From contig CM075987.1 of assembly GCA_038087875.1 (NCBI GenBank), positions 27,654,001 to 27,718,000 on the forward strand: a stretch of DNA of 64,000 nucleotides. The letters run 5' to 3'. A model generated the notes under the pieces. The model was given only the letters and a program-made list of their open reading frames with translations, ran no database searches and was not told the origin of the DNA. Made by a program: the position numbers and the translations under genes. Below, in pieces: positions 1 to 11,228 of the stretch (position 1 is its first letter; the number at the start of each line of letters is the position of its first letter). This stretch comes from Malacoraja senta (Eukaryota).

Positions 1-540
1 AGAAAATCTGGTTTTCTGAAGGAATAATAAACCAAGCCAACTTGATTTTGACAAATCTCAAAAACTAGAACAAAGTGCACAACTGTCAAAGTTTTCTCCA
101 CAGAGAACAAGAGGTAAAATACTCTGCACTCATCCAGGTGAAAGCAGTTCTAACAAACAACCTCAGAAGCTTCAACCCAACAAGGACAAAATAACCCACT
201 TAATTGTCACTGTATTCACCATCTTTATATTCATGCATTGTACCAACTTGCCATGGCAACAATATATACTACCAACAAACTTCACTGTCTTCCCAACAGT
301 ACCACCTAAACCCATAAGAACTACCATGTAAGAGGACATGGGTGGAAGGTACATGGAACCATGCAGGTTTCTCTACATCATTCTAACTTGCACGTACGTC
401 GCCATGCCTTAATCACTGCTGCCTCTAAAATCTGAAACGCTTATCCCACAATGTAGCCCTTGAACAAAGAAGCTGCAGCACTCAAGGTAGCTTTACACAT
501 CCTTCTCATGAGCATTCATGGATTAGAAATAAATCCTCAA

Positions 541-752
541 GATAGACACAAAATGCGGAGTAACTCAGCGGGACAGGCAGCATCTCCGGAGAGAAGGAAT
601 GGGTGACGTTTCCGGTCGAGATCCTTCTTCAGACTAGACCCGAAACAGCAAACCCATTCCTTCTCTCCAGAGATGCTGCCTGTCCCGCTGAGTTACTCCA
701 GCGTTTTGTGTCTATCTTCGGTTTAAACCAGCATCTGCAGTTCCTTCCTACA
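541..752. repeat. Fold-back (inverted) copy of the Penelope-associated short repeat
   Basis: gatagacacaaaatgc..gagtaactcagcggg ... cccgctgagttactcc..ttttgtgtctatc. Similar fold-backs at ~3963-4188, 5990-6130, 22370-22590, 35680-35875, 57140-57335, 61651-61834 and 62930-63120, plus many single arms. Confidence 0.85.
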
Positions 753-1048
753 GAAATAAATCCTCGACTTGCCAGCAACGTCAACTCCTCTAAGCGAGTA
801 GAGAATATAAAACAGGCCAAAGTGCCACATTCAGCCATTGTTACATGAACTTTGCAGAATGTATTAGAGATGAGCCAAGCTTCTGAACACATTATTATGG
901 ATGAACATTAACTGGAAGTTGATGTCTAATCAATTTATCACTTAAAGGACATCAGAAATAATAGAATATTATTAGGACAGAAGGCATAGTATATTAATAG
1001 CCAAAATAAATTATACTTCAATAACTATGAACCAACCCCCATACTTAC

Positions 1049-1097
1049 AGAAAGCATGTCGTTTAATGAATTAGACTTTGCCCGTACATTATGCTCC
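1049..1097 (-). CDS. FKBP15: FKBP15 exon 11 (EHNVRAKSNSLNDMLS); gene continues left of the window
   Basis: tttcag| acceptor, |gtaagt donor, 49 nt, phases 2/0. Contains the R.KSNSL motif. Confidence 0.88.
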
Positions 1098-1752
1098 CTG
1101 AAAAGAATGAATAATTGAAATATAATTATGCTTACTGGTGGCAACATACACAGCCATTTAAATGAGCCCCTACTTCCACTGCCTGCACGTTAGTGATAAT
1201 ACCTCCCTTCTATCACAAGCTTAGAAGCAGCGTGTTCATTCATGTTTGCACTAAATGTTCAATTCCATTCACAGCTCCTCGTAAGATGAAGTAGCCATTG
1301 CACGTAGCGAGAGTCCAGACAACATGCAACATTGACCACCCAGCGGACATTAACACTCCCATCACGTTCCACGGTATGACCATCTCCAACAGGAAAGTAT
1401 CTAGTCGCCTAGCTGTGACTATCAATGCATTCCCATCAGGATCACCATTTACCAGAAATTCAGCTGGACAAAGGACATAAATATTGTGGCTTTAAGCGTA
1501 AGTCTAAAGCTTGGCATCCGACAGCACAACTAATTTTCCGATACTCCAAAAGGCATTGAAGTTTGCGGATGACACAAAGCTGGGTGGCCGTGTGAGCTGC
1601 GAGGAGGATGGGCAATGGACCACACCAACCATGTTATGACCAAGCCCCAGACTCAATATAGAAAGTATGAATCTCAACTAGATACACAGTCTCAGTCATA
1701 TTATAAATAGGATACTTAGGAGTGGCACAGGTCGCATTCTGCTCTTTCCTAC

Positions 1753-1895
1753 CCAGGTTTTGGAGGTACGGATACAGGTGCTGGGATTGAAGTTTCCATT
1801 GCCAAGCTTTCAACACTTGGAGCTGGTGACGATGCAACTGAATCACGAGACCCCGTACTCTGCCGGTCGAATCCAGGTTCCTTGATAAACTTTAC
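1753..1895 (-). CDS. FKBP15: FKBP15 exon 10 (VKFIKEPGFDRQSTGSRDSVASSPAPSVESLAMETSIPAPVSVPPKPG)
   Basis: ttcag| acceptor, |gtagga donor, 143 nt, phases 0/2. Contains the SRDS..SP motif. Confidence 0.9.
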
Positions 1896-2865
1896 CTGAA
1901 AGATAAAAATAATGAAGTGAAACTCCTGCAATGCGAACATTAAACATAATTCCATCAACTCTGTCCATTTATATATCGATGCAATAAAAAATGGCATCCT
2001 ACTTAACCCCAAAATGTTAACATATATAACATTCTTAAACAGAAGGAGAGATTTGACAAACTTGGACTTTTTTTTGCAGTATCAAAGGCTGAGAGGAGAC
2101 CTGAGCAGTTTTTTAAATTATGAGAGAGATACATAGTGTAGACAGTCAGAATCATGTTTCCCCCAGGGTAGAAATGTCCAAGGCCAGAGAGCAGGGCTGT
2201 AAAGGGAGTGGGGCACGGTTTAAAGGAGATGAGTGGGGCAAGTTTTGTATTTATACAATAGGTGGTGAGTGCCTGGATTGCACTGCCAGGGTGGTGGAGG
2301 CAGATGCAACAGTGACATTGAAGGGGCTTTTAGATAGACACATGGATATGCAGGGAATGGAGGGATACAGATCACATGCAGGCATAGGAGATTGGATGAA
2401 CTTCGTACCTTGTTTGGCGTGGTCTTGGGCCTAGACACAAAATGTTGGAGTAATTCAGCATGACAGGCAGCATCTCTGAAGAGAAGGAATGGGTGACGCT
2501 TCGGGTCCAGAAGTGCTGCCTGTCCCGCTGAATAACTCCAGCATTTTTCGTCCATCTTCGATTTGAAACCTACATCTGCAGTTCTTTCCTACACACGTAG
2601 TCTTGGACCTGTTCTTTTCCTGGACTGTCGATATTCTATGTTCTATGTCAACAAGTCGCACTACATCTAAAATACTAATCTTCAAAAAGAAATACAATCT
2701 TCTATATCCAACATCCCAACATTTACATACATGTTTAATTCCCAAATCCCAGTATTTTGCATTAATTAAAACAGAAGCATTCTCATCTGGTTACTTCAAA
2801 GGTACCAACAGCCTTGCTAATGATGATCCAACAAGGTTAGGGGGAGGAACATAGGAAGTTTCAAC

Positions 2866-3165
2866 TAGTTTAGTTTAGAGATACAGTGCAGAAACAGGCC
2901 CTTCGGCCTACCAAGTCCGCACCAACCAGAGATCCCCGCACATTAACACTATCCTACACACACTGGGGATAATTTACAATGATACCAAGTCAATTCACCT
3001 ACAAAACTTTACGTCTTTGGAGTATGGGAAGAAACCGAAGATCTCGGAGAAAACCCAGGCAGGTCACAGGGAGAACGTACAAACTCTGTACAGACAGCTG
3101 CCGTTGTCAGGATTGAACCAGTGTCCCTGGCGCTGTACGGCAGAAACGCTACCGCTGTGCCACCA
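2866..3165 (-). mobile_element. V-SINE (HE1-like)
   Basis: Reverse complement of the same SINE. Confidence 0.8.
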
Positions 3166-3254
3166 TATTCGAGTCATGACATTTTAATCTCAGAGATTAA
3201 AGAGCCATTTATATGTCAGTCCATCCAATTGCCTCACTTTTAGGTAATGCTCAC

Positions 3255-3398
3255 CCTTTTAACCTCCACTTCGAAGAGAAGTGTGGCGTCAGGCGGAATT
3301 CTGTTTGGCATTCCTTGCGGTCCATATGCCTGACTTGGGGGTATAATCAGTAGCCTCTTGGAATTTTTCTTCATTCCCAGCATCCCAACTTCCCAGCC
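3255..3398 (-). CDS. FKBP15: FKBP15 exon 9 (GWEVGMLGMKKNSKRLLIIPPSQAYGPQGMPNRIPPDATLLFEVEVKR)
   Basis: tgcag| acceptor, |gtgagc donor, 144 nt. C-terminal half of the FKBP domain (GW..G..GM...R...IPP..AYG...IPP.ATL.FEVE). Confidence 0.95.
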
Positions 3399-3866
3399 CT
3401 GCAAAATAGGATAGTTGTAAAATTAAACAAAATCGCCACAATAAACCAATATGCAAATAAAACGAAAAACAAAAAACCTAACAGTAAAAAAGGTCACAAC
3501 GCTATTTGGGAGCCATAAAGAGCCAATTTATTAATCCATTTTTCAGTCTGGCCACAATTAGTGTGTGATTAGTGTCAGTGTGAAACAACAGTAGTAGCTG
3601 AGGACTTGCTGAAGCAAGTCACAGGAAAAGGCAGGAGAAAAAAAAAGTGGCAGGGTTTTTTTGTGAAAAAGACAGTAATTGCAAGATGGTTGGCCAATCA
3701 CTAATTTTCCAAAAAGACTCCATGGTAGGTGGGGTAGTAATGCTGCAAACCAAACCTAGAAATTAATGAGCGCCTGAAATAATATCTCTAAGAGAGTTTC
3801 ATCACATCACAAATGACACAGAAACCGATTAAGCCTCAAACAGTTTGGATTCACCATGTGAGCTAC

Positions 3867-3935
3867 CTTGATCACTTTTCCCGATCCAAGTTTCAGTCGC
3901 AGCAATTTGTCTTTGTTGATATTCGTGTCAAACAC
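3867..3935 (-). CDS. FKBP15: FKBP15 exon 8 (VFDTNINKDKLLRLKLGSGKVIK)
   Basis: tgcag| acceptor, |gtagct donor, 69 nt. FKBP domain VFD...LG.GKVIK. Confidence 0.95.
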
Positions 3936-4543
3936 CTGCAAAACAAAATGAAGAGATTTCGAAGATAAGACACAAAATGCTGGAGTAACTCAGCGGGACA
4001 GGCAGCTTCTCTGGAGAGAAGGAATGGGTGACGTTTCGGATGGGGGATCCTTCTTCAGTCTGAAGGGTCTCGACCAGAAACATCACCCATTCCTTCTCTC
4101 CAGAGATGCTGCCTGTCCCGCTGAGTTACTCCAGCATTTTTGTGTCTATCTTCAGTTTAAACCAGCATCTGCAGCTCCTTCCTACACATGAAGAGATTTT
4201 GGTTTCATTCCATTTCTTAGCCACTAAAGGACAAGCTTTATTTAGTTATTTTCATCATCAGCCATCCTATGATCTTTGGCAATGAATTGTTAAACTGAAT
4301 AACAAGTGAATCAAGGTTGCCTTGCATGGGCATGCTTACAGTCCACAATCAAAGGCTGCCATTATGTCATGCAGGCTTTATTTTAAATAATTGATTGATT
4401 TATCACTTAATTTCACCAAAAATAGGGAGCCAGCAAAATGTAATAATTAGCCATTGCAGCACATTCAAAATGTAGGCAGGGGTGTTGAGACGGATGTTAG
4501 TCAGCGCATAGCAATCTAGTTTCACCAACTCATTTAACCTTAC

Positions 4544-4693
4544 CTGTCCAAAGGTGTTGTTCTGGTAAAGCCACCCTGTGTACGACACTTCCAGAGAGTC
4601 ACCTGTTTCAACGGCCGGTCCGTCACCTGGGCTGAGATCCTGGACTAGCACAGACTCCAACGATGAGGTACAGTTGCATTTTGCCAAACACAC
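4544..4693 (-). CDS. FKBP15: FKBP15 exon 7 (VCLAKCN...GDSLEVSYTGWLYQNNTFGQ), start of the FKBP domain
   Basis: tgcag| acceptor, |gtaagg donor, 150 nt. Contains the FKBP-type GD.LEV.YTGW motif. Confidence 0.95.
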
Positions 4694-5056
4694 CTGCACA
4701 GGAACAAACGTACACAAAAAGAGGAAAATCTCAGAGGTATGCGAGAGAGCAGTCCTGACATCCCATCTATCTACCGGTAATTAATTTGGAGATCTTTGAA
4801 CTATCTTTAATCAGACTTTAACTTGCACTAAATATTGGACCCTTTATCTGTACACTGTGGACGGTTTGATTGTAATCATGTATAGTTTTTGCTTTGACTG
4901 GATCGTACGCAAACATAAACTTTTCCCCGTCCCTCGGTACACATGGCAATAAACTAAACTAGTGAGCTTAGTTTTTACATTTTACAATTATCCATGCATT
5001 GAAATTTAAAACATAAATTAAAACCTTTAACCCCTCAATGAGCACGTGAACTTTAC

Positions 5057-5155
5057 CTGTTTGCTGAAGTCTACCACAGCCTTGTCAGAATCAAACATGA
5101 TTGACCAGTTCTGCTTCTGATCATCGTAAAACATACAATAGTTATTGGCTTGAAC
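5057..5155 (-). CDS. FKBP15: FKBP15 exon 6 (VQANNYCMFYDDQKQNWSIMFDSDKAVVDFSKQ)
   Basis: ttcag| acceptor, |gtaaag donor, 99 nt. Contains the FYDDQ.QNWSIMF motif. Confidence 0.95.
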
Positions 5156-6306
5156 CTGAAAGGAAAAAATATTATGAGTTGAGATAAACAGAACGGCCTC
5201 CAATGGCATATTTGATCAACTACCTCATGTGGAATGGGCACGGCTAACATCACATTGCCCTTTTGTTATTAACTTCAATGAATGCACCAACTCAGGTTCT
5301 GGAATTGGTCTCATCTTCACAAAACTCAAGGTTGAATGGGAAAACCAATTAAATTGCTGGCCAGCTGCTTCCAAGTAGATATTCCACAGATTGACGCTTG
5401 CCTCTTGGAGATGGACATTAAACTAGATAAATGTCCTTGCAGCAATAACAGTTATGTGGTTGAAAGTTCCGATGTTTGGAGAAAGAAGATCCGTCTACGA
5501 TGGGAAAAGGAGTCTAGATACTGCTGAACCCATTCCAGTCAGTAGCACTGGGCCTACCATGAAGGTTGGGGAAGATGGCGGCTGCAGTGGACGGAGATTG
5601 GTGCCCATGTGGAGGCTGTGGGGTCGCCTCCCACACCCTCCACATTTTTTCCAAAGATAGATAAAATGCTGGAGTAACTCAGCGGGTCAGCACCGTCTCT
5701 GGAGGAAAGGTGAAGTTTCGGGTCGAAATCCTTCTTCAGACTGGGCTTCAGACTAACTTAAAGTCCAGTGTTGTGCTCTCTCTTGTAGGGTCCTTTTGTG
5801 TATTGATTAAGGAAGCTTTCTCAGACACATTTAACAAATCCCACACCGTCCTAACTATTTACACTATAGAGGACGCAGTCAATAACTATACAGCTATCTA
5901 TACAAGCTCCCTACACATCTGCTCCTCTAATTCATGCTGACAATTGGGAATGTGTAGGTAGGAACTGCAGATGCTGGTTTAAACTGAAATTTGGCACAAA
6001 AAGCTGGAGTAACTCAGCGGGTCAGGCAGCATCTGTGGAGAAAAGGAACAGGTGACCCGAAACGTTACCTACTCCTTTTCTCCAGAGATGCTGTCTGACC
6101 CACTGAGTTACTCCAGCTTTTTGTGTCTATCCTTGACTATTGGGAATAGCTGATGCTTGTGGACTCCAATAATTGTCTGACACATGCCTCAGCTCAAATT
6201 TGATTAATGGCCAGTAGAGCAAGATAATGAACAACCAGAGCCGGCATATCGTTCACGAGCAGATTCACATCATAACACCATAACCTTCAAAGATAAAGTT
6301 ACTCAC

Positions 6307-6381
6307 AGTAAAAGTGAAGCTTGAGGTGATGCGAGCAGCTGCGATCCGCTTCTGTTGACTAGCGTACAGCAGAACCTTGAA
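6307..6381 (-). CDS. FKBP15: FKBP15 exon 5 (FKVLLYASQQKRIAAARITSSFTFT)
   Basis: 75 nt, phase 0/0, gaag| acceptor, |gtgagt donor. Resembles YRILLYISQQQPVTVARI in the WH1-like region. Confidence 0.9.
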
Positions 6382-6834
6382 CTTCAGGGTCAGAGAACAG
6401 GAAAGTGAATCAACCTCCATGCAAAATGCACAAACCTACATTCATCTTCTTTACCAGTTGAAGAAACGCCCATATCATCCTGTCTTATGGATAGAGTGGA
6501 TGTGGAGAGGATGTTTCCACTTGTGGGACCATAGCCTCAGAATAAAAGAATGTATCTTTAGAAAGGAGATGAGGAGTAATTTCTTCAGTCAGAGGGTGGT
6601 GAATCTGTGGAATTTATTGCCACAGACGGCTGTAGATGCCAAGTCAATGGGTATTTTTAAAGTGCAGATTGACAGATTCTTGATGAGTACAGGTATCAGA
6701 GGTTATGGAGAGAAGGCAGGAGAATGGAATTGAGAGCGAAAGATAGATCAGCCATGATTGAATGGTGGAGTCGACTTGATAAGCTGAATGGTCTAATTCT
6801 GCTCCTATAACTTATGAACTTTTGCAAAACCTAC

Positions 6835-6904
6835 CTCTCCTGAAGCATGGTTTCCAAGAATAGCCGCTCCAAGCTTGCCTTGTTTCACGTACTGACCATT
6901 CAGG
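6835..6904 (-). CDS. FKBP15: FKBP15 exon 4 (LNGQYVKQGKLGAAILGNHASGE)
   Basis: tgcag| acceptor, |gtaggt donor, 70 nt, phases 2/0. Resembles NGQYVKQGKFGAAVLGNH. Confidence 0.94.
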
Positions 6905-8882
6905 CTGCAATACAATAAACGCAATTAACAGCAGACCTGGAACAGTGACCAGCACACCGTCCTTCCATCTGCTCGCCCATGCCATGTCTGAACTAGCCCT
7001 CTCTGAACCTAGTAGCAAGAAATCCAAGTATTGCTCCATTTCAAAAGGCACCAACTATCTCATCTAATGCACCTCAGAGAAACAGCTCAACGTGTAAATG
7101 TATGACTCCCACATCCCAAACGTGAGAAAGATCCATCCAATCTACGGCATGGACATCATTTTATTTAAATGTTAGGCACATCTGGGCAGGAAATAAATGC
7201 TTTTGATCCAATGGCGCCTGTATTCACATCAAGGCTCGTGGAACAGTGAGTCTGAACGCGTTTGAAGGAATGACAACCAGAAAATGTTGCCTGGGTGGAA
7301 TCTGTGCTTGAATCCTGCAAGCCATCATTAATAGTACGATGCAAGACTGGCAATGACCCTGGAGCAAGCCAGGGTTCATGTGGACGTACATAATCAAGGC
7401 AGATTCAAATATCCTGGAAAGACACAAAAAACTGGAGTAACTCAGCGGATCAGGCAGCATCTCTGGAGAGAAGGAATAGGTGATGTTTCGGGTCTAGACC
7501 CTTCTTCAGAATGAGAGTTAGGGGAGAGGGCAACGAGAGGTATGAAAAGGAATAACTAGTCTTGGTGTGACCTGCATTCAACATGGTGAGGAGCAGAGAA
7601 CAGGGACCAGGCAGCACATCATGGGATTGTCAAGACTCTCCCAGAGGCAAGCAACGTTAGATATTCAGCCTTGTGCAAATTCATTGAATTAAGCATCCAT
7701 TAGGAGATAACGTCAATATACATGTCACATTGCTATCATTTATTCATTACCATCGCACAATTATGTCTTTAATATATTGTATATTCACTATGGTTTTTTA
7801 TCAAGTCTTTGATACGATTTGGGGAATGAAAAATAATCAGAATTTTTTTTCAGAAAAGTATAAGAACAAATGGTGGACATAGAAACTCATCAATAGCAAG
7901 ATCAGCCTGTGATTCAATTAATGTGCATAAGGATGTAGATACCAGCAGAGTGACGAGAAATAAAATGTTGTTTTATAGCAAGGTTTGTGGAGAAAGACTG
8001 CTTAAACATGATCCATAACAGCCTTAAAATAGATTCCCTGGGTTAGAGTCAGTCATACAGCATGGAAATAGGCCATTTGGCCCAACTTGCCCACACCGTC
8101 TGAAGAGGGGACTCAACACGAAACGTCACCCATTCCTTCTCTCCAGAGAAGCTGCCTGTCCCGCTGAGTTACTCCAGCTTTTTGTGTCTATCTCTAACCA
8201 ACATGCTCTATCTACACTCGTCCCACCCGCCTGCATTTGGCCCATATCCTTCCAAACCTGTCATATTCGTGTACTTGAACGTTGCAATAATACCTGCCTC
8301 AACTACCTCCTCCGGCAACTTGTTCCATACACCACCCACCCTTTGTGTAAAAAAGTCACCCCTCAGGTTCCTATTAAATCTTTCCCCTTCACCTTAAACC
8401 TCTGTCCTCTGGTTCTCAATTCCCCTACTCTGGGCAAGAAACTCTGTGGGTTAGCTTAGATAAAATGCCAATCACAGCATTGTCTTTAAAATTCTTTCCC
8501 TGCCTATGCAAAATTGTTAAAAACTATGATTCCAGTGCCAGTACACTGAAAGTGATTCAGTCCCAGTGTCATAGTCAGAGTCTTACAGCGTGGAAATGGG
8601 CCCTTCGGCCCAACTTGCCCACATGGACCAACATGTCCCAAACACACTAGTCCCACCTGCCTGCGTTTGGCCCATATCCCTCTAAACCTGTCATGTCCAT
8701 GTACCTGAGTAACTGTTTCTTATTCGTTGCCATAGTCCCTGCCTCAACTACTTCCTCTGGCTGCTCATTCCAGTGCTGCAGTGTATTCACACTGTGCTTC
8801 AATGCCTTTGCCAGCTTTAACCAGTCAGTCCTCCCTTTCCCTTCCCTAGTCTCTGTCACCCTGGCCTCCGAGAAGCACTTAC

Positions 8883-8961
8883 TATTGGTATGCGTGCACC
8901 GCAGTTGCAAACAATACAGCTGGAGAGCCACCAGTAGTTGCTGGTTTCTGTGAACCCGCGC
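8883..8961 (-). CDS. FKBP15: FKBP15 exon 3 (GAGSQKPATTGGSPAVLFATAVHAYQY)
   Basis: tgcag| acceptor, |gtaagt donor, 79 nt, phases 1/2. Contains the ATAVHAY motif. Confidence 0.93.
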
Positions 8962-10481
8962 CTGCAGAGGAAAAACATTGCATTTAAAATAAACAATCCC
9001 TTTGCAACTAGACAGCTCACACTTTCAGTAGAACTATAATCTTACAGTGAATAATTATAGTAACTAATATCAGAGCTTAGGGAAAAAGATCAAGCTTAAC
9101 ACCAATTCATGTTCATAAGTGATAGGAGAAGAATTAGGCCATTCGCCCCATCAAGTTTACCCCGCCATTCAATCATGGCTGATCTATCTCTCCCTCTCAA
9201 CCTCATTCTCCTGCCATCGCCCCATAACCCCTGATACCCATACTAATCAAGAATCTCTATCCCTGCCTTAAAAACACCCATTGTCTTGGCCTCCACAGCC
9301 GTCTGTGGCAATGAATTCTACAGGTTCACCACCCTCTGACTAAAGAAATTCCTCATCTCCTTTCTAAAGGTACATCCTTTACTTCAGAGGTTATGGCCTC
9401 TGGTCCTAGACTTTCCCACTGGTGGAAACATCCTCTCCACATCCACTCTATCCAGGCCGCTCAAGAACTTCCTACGTGTTGGTGGTATTAGGCTTGTCCT
9501 GTTGCACTCAGCTCTGATGTTGGAGTGTTCCAAACTCAGCAACTGCATTATCATCCTAGTCCTTACATCATTCCCTGGAAGCAAGTGCAACCCACTGGGA
9601 CACACAGAACTCATTCACAACACAGTCAGAGGCAAATCAGTCTGATGGATTGGCACTGCAGGGAAGAATGTAGAATGATGCAATGAACCAAAGCCCCAGC
9701 ACAAAGTAAACTATTGATAAAAACAAAGAGGATAAATGGATTTTACTATATTTTACTGTAAAAACAACTGTGTGGAGCACTTGGGTAGAAACAATTCTGA
9801 GAAAGCCTGCCCCATGCAGAATGTCTGAGCAGATTTTATAAGACTGACCTAGTAAAGATACACAATCACCTTTGCTGTGAACTAGGTATAAAAACAAAAT
9901 CAAAACATATCGCCAAGGTAATTAAACTTAAAGTGATAATTAATGGTGTGTCCAAACGCTGAAACAGAAATAGCATATGCAATTTTGGCAAGGGGTAATA
10001 GTGGCCCTAGAAATGGATCAGGAAAGATTGAACTCATTTTAAGGTCCAGAGATAGAATGAAATAAAGCAGGCTTTCATTACAAAACCATATCGCTTTAAT
10101 TTAATTACAGTTTAAAATAACAAATGGGATCAGATTGATTCTGAATGCTGATGTTTACAAGGACTATGAAACAGAATCACAAAGAGAGAACTGGTACTAC
10201 TTTCTTGCAGGAATACAATCATGGAAATAAACTGCTATACGTGGAGTGAGCAAGGAATCATCTGTAGTAATGAAAATAAGTTCCAGAGAAAGGGTGAGCA
10301 ACCATCCCTTAGATCCACAAAGAAGCAGAGTTTTATCTCTGGATCTCAGCAACAAAACATAAACATTGTGGGTATATTAAACAAATGTAGTCTTCTCCCC
10401 CTTGTTTGTCTTTTAAAATATTTTGCTTAATAGGTAGAGATATAGGGGATAAAGGGCATCTTGACTGGTATATTCTGCCTA

Positions 10482-10526
10482 GAGAGAGAGAGAGAGAGAG
10501 ACACACACACACACACACACACACAC
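10482..10526. repeat. Compound (AG)n(AC)n microsatellite
   Basis: Read directly. Confidence 0.95.
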
Positions 10527-11118
10527 GTATGTTAAGCGACGCATGATGGAACACCAGCACTTCCTGAACACAGAATACAAACAAATTCCTCAGAGAATTT
10601 CCCCCAAAAATGTGCTGGGGAAATATCACAATAAATTGCTCTCAAATAATGGAAAGCAAATTAAAATCTTAAAACAGAGTTAAAATGGAAAATAACTTTC
10701 TTGAAAAGTCGCAAGTTTTTAAGTTTCTCAGAGAAATCTTAGCCTGGAGGCTGGGTGACGTTGTTCGCTATTCAAAGCAAATAGCTGAGACAGAAACAAC
10801 TGCTGATGGCTGAACTGAGGCTTATTGGGAATGTAATCTCTCTCCATAAGGCCATATTTTGCTAAATAGCTGACATTTCCCAAATGCAGATTTTGATGGA
10901 AGAACTGAGACAAACAAGTCACAGAAGATGCATAGATACAACTGCCAGCTGGCAATGTAGTAGCTGGACAAATGGAGACTGTACATCTGAATTGTTCATC
11001 GCACCTCTTATACAACCAGCATAATGATTGAAACAAAATTCTTAAGATTTTTCTTACCATGTTCGTTTGCATTACAAATCATTTTAAAATCTTACACTTC
11101 TCTAATCCAATTTACTAC

Positions 11119-11228
11119 CTGGAGCTTGTGCCCCTTTCTTTGGCTGTTTGGGGGCCGTGTACTGGAACGACTCGTTTCCCTGACCCACGGCAGCCTGGTC
11201 CATGCCGAAGAGAGAGGCCAGTTTGGCC
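11119..11228 (-). CDS. FKBP15: FKBP15 exon 2 (AKLASLFGMDQAAVGQGNESFQYTAPKQPKKGAQAP)
   Basis: cgcag| acceptor, |gtagta donor, 110 nt, phases 2/1. Matches the FKBP15 LASLFG...FQYTAPKQPKKG motif. Confidence 0.95.

Noticed and set aside
1..1048. Further FKBP15 exon (AKLISRMAKMGQPMLP-like)
   Set aside because: Not found; it presumably lies left of the window.
4267..4278. ctatgatctttg, exact reverse complement of the left end of the footprint at 21432
   Set aside because: No matching left end or TSD nearby; cannot be separated from chance.
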